Source: Candidatus Latescibacterota bacterium
GTDB taxonomy: Bacteria > Latescibacterota > UBA2968 > UBA8231
Direction: 5' to 3'
NCBI GenBank assembly: GCA_965204725.1
Contig: OZ242005.1
Span: 128,001-192,000, forward strand
DNA length: 64,000 bases
Part shown: positions 18,392 to 27,067 of the stretch, one piece after another
How positions within the stretch are numbered: the first letter of the stretch is position 1
How the letters are laid out: each line of letters opens with the position of its first letter
Position numbers and translations under genes: made by a program
Notes under the pieces: generated by a model
What the model was told of the DNA's origin: nothing
The model's database searches: none
The model's input: the letters and a program-made list of their open reading frames with translations, nothing else

Positions 18392-19245
18392 CAAACCAAG
18401 AACCGCAGTCCGCCAATGACTATGACGACCGCATCACGGCGGCAGTGAAGTCCGTACTAATAGAAATCGCTCAGATACTTGGCAGTTTTCGCGAGAAATT
18501 CGCCGTAGTTGGTGGCATCGTCCCGACCCTTGTTTTCACGAAGACGGAGATGGCCCACATCGGGACTACCGACATCGACTTGAGCCTCGACGCGGAATCC
18601 CTAGGCGATGGCGAATACGCTGATTTGGTCCAAGCTCTGATGAGCAGCGGTTATGAGCAACGCGGTGCCCGGCGGTTTCAACTCGTGCGCGAGGTCTCTA
18701 CTGAGGATGAAGGGGATCCAATCGCCATCATCGTGGACTTTCTCATGCCACGCGACGCCAAAGTGGTACGCAACAGGCCCGCGTTGATCGATGAATTTGC
18801 GGTCCAACGGGCGGATGGCGCGGCTCTCGCCCTGCGGTTTCCCCAGTGGATTCCGCTCGAAGGGAAGATGCCGGATGGCTCTCGCAACCGCGTCGAAATC
18901 GCCGTCGCATCCATTCCTGCATTGCTGGCAATGAAGGGCTTCGCGATCAACAACCGCATGAAGCGAAAGGACGCCTACGATATTTACTATTGCGTCCGCA
19001 ATTACTCAGGCGGCGTTGAGCAGTTGGCGCAGGAGTGCCGCGCTGTGCTAGCTACTGATGAGGGCAAGAGGGGCTACGGCCATATAGCGGAGAAATTTCA
19101 CGACGTTGATGGATTTGGCCCTCAGAGCGTTCGCCACTTTGTTGAAGGAACGGACATTCTGGACGGCCGCACACCCGATCAGTGGCAGCAAGACGCCTTT
19201 GGTCAAGTCAATGCTTGGTTGGGCGCACTCGGGTTGCGGAAATGA
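18379..19245 (+). CDS. AbiEii-like nucleotidyltransferase toxin
   Basis: VVGG...HIGTTDIDL Pol-beta NTase motif, LLAMKG, KDAYDI; overlaps the antitoxin stop. Confidence 0.75.
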   Translation: MAPVTNQEPQSANDYDDRITAAVKSVLIEIAQILGSFREKFAVVGGIVPTLVFTKTEMAHIGTTDIDLSLDAESLGDGEYADLVQALMSSGYEQRGARRFQLVREVSTEDEGDPIAIIVDFLMPRDAKVVRNRPALIDEFAVQRADGAALALRFPQWIPLEGKMPDGSRNRVEIAVASIPALLAMKGFAINNRMKRKDAYDIYYCVRNYSGGVEQLAQECRAVLATDEGKRGYGHIAEKFHDVDGFGPQSVRHFVEGTDILDGRTPDQWQQDAFGQVNAWLGALGLRK

Positions 19246-19320
19246 GGCATCGAACAAAGCGGAAGGTTCTAAGCGCACTCACTGAATCGCCGCCGCCCGT
19301 TAGACAGGAGAAAACGCCAA

Positions 19321-20700
19321 ATGGACCCCATAGCAGAGTTAGCCGAATTCGACCGCGAGACCGTCGCCCAAGCCAAAGCCGTTGAACAGCGCATCCAAGC
19401 CGAGGGCTTGGCGGCCGGGCACACCATCCGCGACGTGCGCGTCTTCCGGGTGCTGATGCCTTGGGTTGGGACCAAGCGCTGGGACGGCTCGGCCGAGCGT
19501 TTTACTTTCGCCGAGTTCGAGACCGATAAAGGCTTCGTCGGTATTGCCGAGGGCGTCACCGCGGACGCCGCAACATTAAAGGGCAAAGTCCTCGGCAAAA
19601 ATCCTTTTGACCCCCAAATCCGCGCCGATATGGGGCTGGCCTACTGGGATCTAATCGGCAAAATCGCCAACCGACCGTTGGGCCACTATTTGCACGAACT
19701 CTTCGCGCTGGAGACCCCCTTGGCCGAGCGCGTCCCCATGTCGGCCTATACTTGGTATCGCTTCCCCGACCTCAACGGCGAAAACGCCGTCACCTTTGAG
19801 AGTTATCCTGCCTATGTGCAGGAGATTATCCACGCCCACGGCTTCCACAACATCAAGCTCTCAATGTGCGATTTTGAGCCGCATCGCTACGTGGAATTGG
19901 TCCGCAACGTCCGGGCGGCCGTGGGACCGGACGTAGATATTCGCGTCGATCCACACGCCTCTTGGGGCGAGGCGCAGGCGCTGCGCTTTATGAGCGAGGT
20001 CGAGGACTGTCATCTGGAGTGGATTGAGGAGCCGGTGGGCGGGCGATTCGCTCACATCTTCTGCGCCGGCCATCGCCTGCGGCTGTTGAGCACCATACCG
20101 ATCTCGTCGCACGCTTGGCTACCGCCGCTGGTATCGCAGCCCAGCACCAAGGGCCGCTACGGCGATGGTGCTCTAGACGCGGCCCTCGATCTGGACGCGC
20201 TGCGCCGCTGGCAGCCAGCCGACATTTCCGCGCCCGACGCTTACGCCGGGCCGCTGGCACTCAAGCGCTACTACGACGCGGCGCGCTTTATGGGCATGGG
20301 CATCGGCATGCACAGCGCTTATGAGCTGGGACCGGCCACGGCGATCCGCCTGCACATCGCGGCTTTCGCCTTTCCCTACGAGATGCCCTATCACATCGTC
20401 TGGGGACGGGACCGCGCCTTTCCGCCCTTCTCGGCGTACGCGCTCGACTCGCATTACAACCAGTGGGCCGACGACGTGATCTGCGGCGGCAAGTTGACCT
20501 ATGATCAGGGGTTCCTCACCGTGCCCAAGCAACCGGGGCTGGGCGTCGAACTCGATCCCGAGCGCCTGCGCCACTACGCCTTTAGCGAAGAAAAGGCCGC
20601 AGCCCATACCCGCCACGTCGAACAAATCCGCGCAACCCATCTCGACGCGCTCGGCTGGCGAGTGGAGCGCAACGGCTGGCGACGCTATCGGACGGGCTAG
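19321..20700 (+). CDS. Enolase superfamily (mandelate racemase/glucarate dehydratase-like) enzyme
   Basis: ETDKGFVGIAE, AYWDLIGK, IRVDPH, WIEEPV, GMHS, PKQPGLGVELD. Confidence 0.85.
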   Translation: MDPIAELAEFDRETVAQAKAVEQRIQAEGLAAGHTIRDVRVFRVLMPWVGTKRWDGSAERFTFAEFETDKGFVGIAEGVTADAATLKGKVLGKNPFDPQIRADMGLAYWDLIGKIANRPLGHYLHELFALETPLAERVPMSAYTWYRFPDLNGENAVTFESYPAYVQEIIHAHGFHNIKLSMCDFEPHRYVELVRNVRAAVGPDVDIRVDPHASWGEAQALRFMSEVEDCHLEWIEEPVGGRFAHIFCAGHRLRLLSTIPISSHAWLPPLVSQPSTKGRYGDGALDAALDLDALRRWQPADISAPDAYAGPLALKRYYDAARFMGMGIGMHSAYELGPATAIRLHIAAFAFPYEMPYHIVWGRDRAFPPFSAYALDSHYNQWADDVICGGKLTYDQGFLTVPKQPGLGVELDPERLRHYAFSEEKAAAHTRHVEQIRATHLDALGWRVERNGWRRYRTG

Positions 20701-20762
20701 GCTATTACCAAACCAAAAAGGTGCTGACGATTTTGGATTAGTGCCCAATAATCTGCTGCGGC

Positions 20763-21668
20763 CTACCGCCCTTCCTCATCCATGAACTTCTTTATGTCCC
20801 TGCCGTAGCGCACGAAATTCTCCCGCTTTGCGCTATGCCCCTCAGAGTCAACTTTTAGACCAGCGTATTCCTCAGAATAGAAGGGCTTGCCATCAGCCTG
20901 CCCCCCCCAACCCGGAAAGCACGATCGCAGCCAATAGACCTTCCTGTTGTCTTCCTTTAGGCGCACGATATATGCGATGGAATAATCGATACCCTCTATT
21001 TTCTCAACCGTAGTCTTCTTGGCATTTTCATCAAAAACATGCCTTTCTGCTTGCCCGTGTGCATCATCGCCTTGGGTAATGACCACGTCAGGCTTGAGAA
21101 TACCCACTTCCTCGCTGAGATAGCCTCCACAATTCTTGTACAGTTGGGCAGGCTCTTGCCTTGATCCGCCCACGTTGGAGAAACACTTCGCCGTTCGCAC
21201 ATGAACGAAGAGTTTCTCTATTATCTTTAAACTATCGGAATCCTCTACTGGGTCCAAGCAGCGGTAAAAGGGATCGAGAAGGCTCCTAATGGTCGTTGTC
21301 GTCCCTCGCCAGTGCGAGTACGGGCGCAGCGAGAAAGGCTTGCTCTCCACTTGCTCTGGCTGCTTTAGCACTGGCTGCGGAGTGGACAGAGAGACCACCA
21401 CGATACGCGGGATGCGGTGGCCTTTGTACTTCTTTTTTATGTAGTATTGGCTGACTTTAACTCCCTGCGTCCGAGGGGAAAAGAGAAATCCATCTGAAGG
21501 TTTATAGGCTTTCTCACAGACCTCCCGACAGCAATCCTTCTTAGGACAACAGAAAGAGTCAAACATCTTTTCGTAATCGTAGTTGCCCTCCCTGTCTATC
21601 ACTCCTTTCACAGAAGCAATACCAACTTCCTCGTAATACTTTTTGAGTTTGTTCTCCATCTCATTCAT
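20763..21668 (-). CDS. Hypothetical protein with uracil-DNA-glycosylase-like fold
   Basis: TAKC...NCGGYLSEEVGILKPDVVITQG resembles the family 4/5 UDG core; N-terminal CCPKKDCCREVC; AT-rich; AAGGAG RBS. Confidence 0.6.
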   Translation of the reverse strand: MNEMENKLKKYYEEVGIASVKGVIDREGNYDYEKMFDSFCCPKKDCCREVCEKAYKPSDGFLFSPRTQGVKVSQYYIKKKYKGHRIPRIVVVSLSTPQPVLKQPEQVESKPFSLRPYSHWRGTTTTIRSLLDPFYRCLDPVEDSDSLKIIEKLFVHVRTAKCFSNVGGSRQEPAQLYKNCGGYLSEEVGILKPDVVITQGDDAHGQAERHVFDENAKKTTVEKIEGIDYSIAYIVRLKEDNRKVYWLRSCFPGWGGQADGKPFYSEEYAGLKVDSEGHSAKRENFVRYGRDIKKFMDEEGR

Positions 21669-21765
21669 GATTGGCTCCTTTTGACGTTTAATGGTTAAGA
21701 GCTTGTACTACTCGAAATCCCCCAAGGCATCACAAGTATTCTCTCGTCATTTGTATGTTGCGTAT

Positions 21766-21941
21766 TCCTTTCAGCTAGGCCACTCTGAAAGGGCCGCGTG
21801 CGGGGCGCGTCGTCCGTCATTGGGTGCGCCGGCACGTCCGTGTCGGCGGCACCGTGCGGGAGTAAGACACCCCTCACGCTGAGTTGTCGCTCCGAACCGA
21901 TACAAGGGCACAAGGCCCGTATTACAAGTGGGGAGGACAGC
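21766..21941 (+). ncRNA. Predicted IS110 bridge RNA
   Basis: 5' hairpin CCTTTCAG/CTGAAAGG; target loop with TCCGTCATT (21813-21821) and GCGGGAGT (21856-21863); donor loop with ACCGATAC (21896-21903) and TACAAGT (21923-21929); each loop closed by inner and outer stems. Confidence 0.85.
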
Positions 21942-21974
21942 ACCAGTATCCATTATAACCAGGAGGCGATTCGC

Positions 21975-22929
21975 ATGAAAGTTATGGCCGGTATAGACGT
22001 AGGAAAGAGGAGCTTGGACGTGTCGGTAGCGGCTGGTCCGGCGCGTCGATTTGACAACACGCCTGCGGGGCGTACGGCCTTGGTGGAGTGGTTGGAACGT
22101 CAGGGGGCGACCGAGGTAGTGTGTGAACCGACAGGGGGCTATGAGCGGCCTCTGGTGCGTCGGGTGCAGGCCACGGGATGGCCGATCCACCTAGTGCATC
22201 CCAATCGCGTGCGCCACTTTGCCCAGGCGGCGGGCAGCCCCGCCAAGACCGACGCGCTGGACGCACAGAGGCTGGCGCGGTATGGGATGGCCTTCGAGTT
22301 GCAGCGTCCGCTGGCCAAGGAAGCCGACCGGGAGGTGGTACAGGACCTGCTGCGGCGGCGCAAGCAGTTAGTCAACCAGCGGGTGCAAGAGCGCCACCGG
22401 CTAGACCAAGGGCAGACCGAAGGGGCGCGCATCTCTATCGAGCGGCACCTTCAATGGCTCGACGAAGAGATTAGCCAGTTGGACGAAGCCTACCAGCAGG
22501 CATTGGAAACACAGCGTCTCGCTGGCCGAAGCCGCCGCCCTCTACCGCAGTGTGCCGGGCGTGGGTGCGTTGACCGCGGCGACGCTAGTGGGGTATCTGC
22601 CGGAGTTAGGGCACTACAGCGGCAAGGAGGTGACCTCGTTGGTCGGGCTGGCTCCGTGGGCTAACGACAGCGGCCGACAGCAGGGGTATCGCTCGATCCG
22701 GGGCGGACGAGGCACCGTGCGGAAGGTGTTGTATTTGGCGGCCTTGGCCGCCATCCGCTGCAACGACGACCTCAAGCGGTTCTATCAACGACTGTGTACC
22801 CGGGGCAAGACCGGCAAGGTGGCCTTGGTCGCGGTGATGCGGAAGCTGCTGCTGGTGCTCAACGCCATTGCCCAGCGAGGCTCCCCGTGGGTCCAACACC
22901 CCACCCCAGCAGGCCACAAAAAGGCTTGA
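21975..22929 (+). pseudogene. IS110 DEDD recombinase, split by a +1 frameshift near 22509
   Basis: GIDVG, CEPTG, KTDALDA (DEDD) in the first frame; VPGVG, GLAPWANDSG, IRGGR, ALVAVMRKLL in the second; deleting one A in GAAAC (22506-22510) restores ALEHSVSLAEAAALYRSVPG. Confidence 0.88.
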
Positions 22930-23037
22930 CCCGCAACACAGATACTCCCGCGAAAGCGGGAATCCAGTCAATGTTTGTAAGAGCGGCCGCCTTTGGAAGA
23001 CATCACTTATTGAATCCTCATATCCGCTTGATCTTCA

Positions 23038-24240
23038 TTATCCTTTGAGAATATGAGCAGGAGTACCTTTGTCGGGCATATTCTTATGCAGATAATAGGT
23101 ACCGTGAGTCTTCAAATAGTCCTGAAATGTCCCATCCTTAGCCTTGAGCTTTCTCCAGTTCTTTGTTAGGTCGAATTTGGCACGTTTAATACCATACCGA
23201 GCAAGGACGACCTCACCTGATCCTTTACCGGGAAAGTACAGTACAAAAATCACTTCATTTATTTTAGTAAATTCCTTGCGAAGATCCCTCGGAAATAAAT
23301 AGAAGCTCCTTTTCTCATTGAATAAATTTAGAATGAGACTATGCGACGCCTTCATCGTACGGACCGGGTGTGTAAGTGTTATTTTTTCATCTCCAAATAT
23401 GTCGATGTTGTAGGAATCACTACCTGCTCGGAGAGACACCGTCAGCCGACCATCAGTGAAGTCAATGTTCTTTATAAGCTTAACCCCGTCTAGTATCTTT
23501 TTCCCGTCTATAATCCTAACAGGTTCAAGTCCTGCTCGAAATATCTCTCCCTTTTCACTCGGACGAAATTTCCACAGAACAGCGAGTTCTACTAGTCGCT
23601 CAAAACTACCGCGCTTCGTAAATAAAGCACCTGAGTCTTCAAATTCAGATTCAGCTTCCCGAAATATGACAACCTGACTAAGTCGTGCAGCCTGTTGAAA
23701 TTGGATCTTGGCCTGTTCTTCCTCTGGATGAACCAAAGAATCCATAAAAACAGAATCGAAGTAGTAAACCTTATACCGACGGTAAAGGTTCACTCCTGCA
23801 GAGTCCGATAGTGATTTTGCCAGCTCATAGTCTCGTGCGTTAAGAGCAGCCTCAGCCTCACTTACTAGTCTTCTACCCTCTTCAAGGGCAGCCTTGAGAT
23901 CATCTAGGTAAGTTGGGTCCTTCGTTCGGCGGTATATCTCCTCGGCTTTTAGGGCCTCCCATCTATTGTTGGGCTCATCATCTTCCTTGTCATCAGGGAG
24001 GCTATCAACCAGTGCTTCTTTTTGTTTCTCGCCTTCCCGCGCCGTCTGTTGTTCTGGCGTCTCTGGCTCCGGAGAAAGGGCTACCGCAAGTCCGTAGGAC
24101 ACGTAGGACGGGATCAAATAGAGAGCCGCACGTTTTCTTGTTGGTATCTTGAGAAGAGGTATTGGTCGGATGAGTCCAACTAAGCATATGAGGAAACTAA
24201 TCGCTGCTATAATACGAATTGTGTCGGCTAGTTGTTCCAC
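23038..24240 (-). CDS. Hypothetical membrane-anchored protein (two N-terminal TM helices)
   Basis: 400-aa AT-rich ORF with GGAAGG RBS and GTG start; hydrophobic N-terminus LICLVGLIRP...TRKRAAL. Confidence 0.7.
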   Translation of the reverse strand: MEQLADTIRIIAAISFLICLVGLIRPIPLLKIPTRKRAALYLIPSYVSYGLAVALSPEPETPEQQTAREGEKQKEALVDSLPDDKEDDEPNNRWEALKAEEIYRRTKDPTYLDDLKAALEEGRRLVSEAEAALNARDYELAKSLSDSAGVNLYRRYKVYYFDSVFMDSLVHPEEEQAKIQFQQAARLSQVVIFREAESEFEDSGALFTKRGSFERLVELAVLWKFRPSEKGEIFRAGLEPVRIIDGKKILDGVKLIKNIDFTDGRLTVSLRAGSDSYNIDIFGDEKITLTHPVRTMKASHSLILNLFNEKRSFYLFPRDLRKEFTKINEVIFVLYFPGKGSGEVVLARYGIKRAKFDLTKNWRKLKAKDGTFQDYLKTHGTYYLHKNMPDKGTPAHILKG

Positions 24241-24283
24241 AAGACACCTTCCCTTCTGTGTGGTTTAGTATCAACCCCGGCCC

Positions 24284-24693
24284 TCTGGGGGCCGGGCAGT
24301 TGCTCACGATCACGCAGATTAGTGCGGGAAGGTTCCTGCCTATTCGCCAGAATCAGGGAGCTACCCCGATTCTTTATTCAAGCTATTTTATTCAGCAGGC
24401 CACCCGACAGGCGGGATTCTGCGTTATCGTGAGCGAGGATAAAAATAAATGATTTTTAGCTGAGGGCAAGGAATTTGTTGGGTCTGGAAATTTACATAAT
24501 ATGTCGATATTGGCGGCTCAGAAGAGTCTTTGATGCCTAAATCGAAAGGCCCCTAACCATTTGTTTCAAAAAATTTATTCCTGCGACGCGAGCTGTCGCA
24601 CCCCTTAGATAAATTATCCTTCCTGCTTCTGGGACCGGGCAGTTGCTCACGATCACGCAGATTAGCGGGAAGGTCCTACCTATTCGCCAAAAT
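24284..24693. repeat. Imperfect ~70-bp direct repeat pair (24284-24353 and 24628-24693)
   Basis: Identical 31-bp core CCGGGCAGTTGCTCACGATCACGCAGATTAG, followed in both by GCGGGAAGGT..CCTATTCGCCA.AAT. Confidence 0.85.
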
Positions 24694-24699
24694 AGAACT

Positions 24700-27060
24700 T
24701 CAATAAACCACGGAGACCACGCGCCGGACGCGCTGCTGATGAGCGTCGCTGTCGAGGTGGAGTTCGAGTAGGTAGAGGCCGGGCGGCACCCGGTGCCCGG
24801 CTTGGTCGCGGCCATCCCAAGTGAAATGCCGAGTACCCGCCGTGACCGCTTGCGTCCGCTCAACGAGCACACGACCAGCCAAGTCGTAGAGCCGCAGATG
24901 CCAAGGGCGCGGCGCGAGGAGGTTGATCACGTCGGCGCGGACGGTCAGCGCGTCGTTTATGCCGTCGCCGTTGGGCGTCAGCACCTTTGCGTCGAAGGCG
25001 ACGTTGAGCAGGAGGTCGCGGGCGACCGGAAGGCCGACGACATTGGTGCTGCTGGCGACTTGGTCCGTAGCATCCCCGGGATCGACGCGCTGGCGGCTGG
25101 CGTCCTCCGCACGAGCGTCTTGGATAAAAAGGACGAAGGGCGTGGACTGCTGAAAAACCTGCGCGGCAAAGCGCAACTCCACGAGATCGTCGTCGCGCAA
25201 CGGCTGGGGGAAGGTCACCGCAAAACCCGCTTCGACCGGTTGGTCTGCGACCGCTAAGGGCGCGTCGTTGACCAAGGCGCGAATAAAGCGCGTCGGCGTC
25301 GGCGTCTCCACGACGAGGCGGTCAAACCCAGAGGCCCTCGTCTGACGCGGGCGCAAGAAGAAGCGGAACTCGGTTTCTTCGCCCGGCAACACCTCGGTCG
25401 GAAAAATTTCGCTGACCGCATGCTGCGATAACGGGTCGCTGAAGGCAATGCTCAGCGCGTTGAGTTGCAGCGCCACCGCTGGACCGGCGGTGACCATCCG
25501 CATCTGGAACTGAGCGTAGCGGCGCGGCGAGGGCGATTGGAACTCTTGGCCCGAAAAGGCGTAGAGCTTGCTCCACGCGCTCCAGTCGTCGCCGATGACC
25601 TCGGCCGTGTCAATCGGCCCTTTGAAGCTCGGAATCAGCTTGTCGTAGCGCTGCTTGCTGACTTGCTTGCCGTTCTTGTCGTAGTAGGTAAGGAGGTTTT
25701 CGACTTGGTTGCCAGAGCGGCTGCGTAGCTCCAGTCGAGTGCCCGGCGGGATGTCGGCCTCCCACGATAGGGCGTTGAGGCTTTTGGTGCGAGCGAAGTC
25801 CATGATGTGCGAGCGAAATTCCAAGTGGTGCGGAAAGCCCTCGCCAAACACCTGAAGCTCCTCGGCAAAGCCCCGAAAGGCCCAGCGATTGCTCGCGTCC
25901 CAGCTCTTCCACAACACTCGGATAAACCGGGTCGGCACCAGCCCAAACTCGTGGGTGGCGGCCCCGGTCACTTCTTTGACGTGTTGGCTGGCCGTGCCAG
26001 AATAGTACTTCTGCCAGATCAAGGTCCCATCGGGCGCGACCGAGCCATCGGAGCCGAGCACCTCGTAGAAATTGAACCCAAAGGAGCGTCGGGTGATGAA
26101 GAAGCCGATGACCCGGCCGCTGCCAGCGGTGATGCCGCCGCCGGGCCGGGCGACCACGCCGCCGACGATTTTGAGTTTGTCGATAAAGTAGGTGGCCCCC
26201 AAGTCGAGGACGATGTGCGAAAAGACGTCGCGCTCGGCTTGGATGGTGCGCCGCACAAACCAGCGCGTGGAGAGATCGCCGTCGATGAGCACTTGGGCGT
26301 TGCCCAGCGGAATGAGGTCTTGGGTGACGAACGCGTCGAGGACCACTTCGAGGTTGCCGCCGCGCTCTAGCATCTCCAAGGCCAGATTGTCGCCCAGTGC
26401 TTCGACCTCGACCTCGAGGAGACGGGTGCCGGGTTCGAGGGCGAGCAGGTCCAAGCGCACGTACTGGATCGGCGTGTGGAAGGGCTGGTCGAGTTCGTAG
26501 GTGATCTCGTGGCGGGTGTTCTCCTTGAATCGCTCGCGCAGGCGGTAGATGACGGTCCCGGCGATGGGGTTATCTACCTCGTCAACGGCGTGTTCGCCCG
26601 TGGAAAGCAGCAGGTCAAAAAGCGGCGGCGGCGGGCCTTGAGGGTCGAAGATCAGCTTGACGCGGCGAGCGGAGACGCCCCGACCCAAATCGACCTCAAT
26701 CGTCCAGCTTGCGGGCGGATCGTCCTGATGGGGACGCCAGCCGGTGGCGCGATCGCCGTCCATGACCAGCGGCGCGTCCCGCAGGTTGGAACCCGCGCGG
26801 CGGATGCCGCCGCCAAAGGCCGCCGCATTGAGCGCGGCATTGATGTTGCGGCGGACCGCAACGGGCTTGAGGCCGCCCTGTGGGGTCAGCGCGACCGTGC
26901 TGGGCAGCGGCCAAGCCTGCCAGTCGCGGCGGGAAGCAAAGCGAATCTCGTCGGCACTCGCCAGAGGAAGCCAGCCGACCAAGGCGCAGGCGACCGCCCA
27001 ATAGCGCGGTACGCACCATAAAGGAAAGCGGGGATCGCTGGAATCCATGGTTTGCCCCAT
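24700..27060 (-). CDS. Secreted multidomain protein with discoidin-like domains and C-terminal FlgD-Ig
   Basis: Signal-like N-terminus; MDGDRATGW/IEVDLG and IDGDLSTRW/VLDLG; C-terminal TPNGDGIND...WDGRDQAGHRVPPGLY. Confidence 0.8.
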   Translation of the reverse strand: MGQTMDSSDPRFPLWCVPRYWAVACALVGWLPLASADEIRFASRRDWQAWPLPSTVALTPQGGLKPVAVRRNINAALNAAAFGGGIRRAGSNLRDAPLVMDGDRATGWRPHQDDPPASWTIEVDLGRGVSARRVKLIFDPQGPPPPLFDLLLSTGEHAVDEVDNPIAGTVIYRLRERFKENTRHEITYELDQPFHTPIQYVRLDLLALEPGTRLLEVEVEALGDNLALEMLERGGNLEVVLDAFVTQDLIPLGNAQVLIDGDLSTRWFVRRTIQAERDVFSHIVLDLGATYFIDKLKIVGGVVARPGGGITAGSGRVIGFFITRRSFGFNFYEVLGSDGSVAPDGTLIWQKYYSGTASQHVKEVTGAATHEFGLVPTRFIRVLWKSWDASNRWAFRGFAEELQVFGEGFPHHLEFRSHIMDFARTKSLNALSWEADIPPGTRLELRSRSGNQVENLLTYYDKNGKQVSKQRYDKLIPSFKGPIDTAEVIGDDWSAWSKLYAFSGQEFQSPSPRRYAQFQMRMVTAGPAVALQLNALSIAFSDPLSQHAVSEIFPTEVLPGEETEFRFFLRPRQTRASGFDRLVVETPTPTRFIRALVNDAPLAVADQPVEAGFAVTFPQPLRDDDLVELRFAAQVFQQSTPFVLFIQDARAEDASRQRVDPGDATDQVASSTNVVGLPVARDLLLNVAFDAKVLTPNGDGINDALTVRADVINLLAPRPWHLRLYDLAGRVLVERTQAVTAGTRHFTWDGRDQAGHRVPPGLYLLELHLDSDAHQQRVRRVVSVVY

Positions 27061-27067
27061 TCCTGCT

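Larger units (their letters stand above)
21752..22946 (+). mobile_element. IS110-family (IS621-like) insertion sequence inserted in a REP palindrome
   Basis: Flanks CGTCATT (21745-21751) and CCCGCGAAAGCGGGAATCCAG (22947-22967) rejoin into an intact REP identical to revcomp 33277-33304; no TIR or TSD; ends TGTATGTT... and ...TTGACCCGCAACACAGATACT. Confidence 0.92.
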
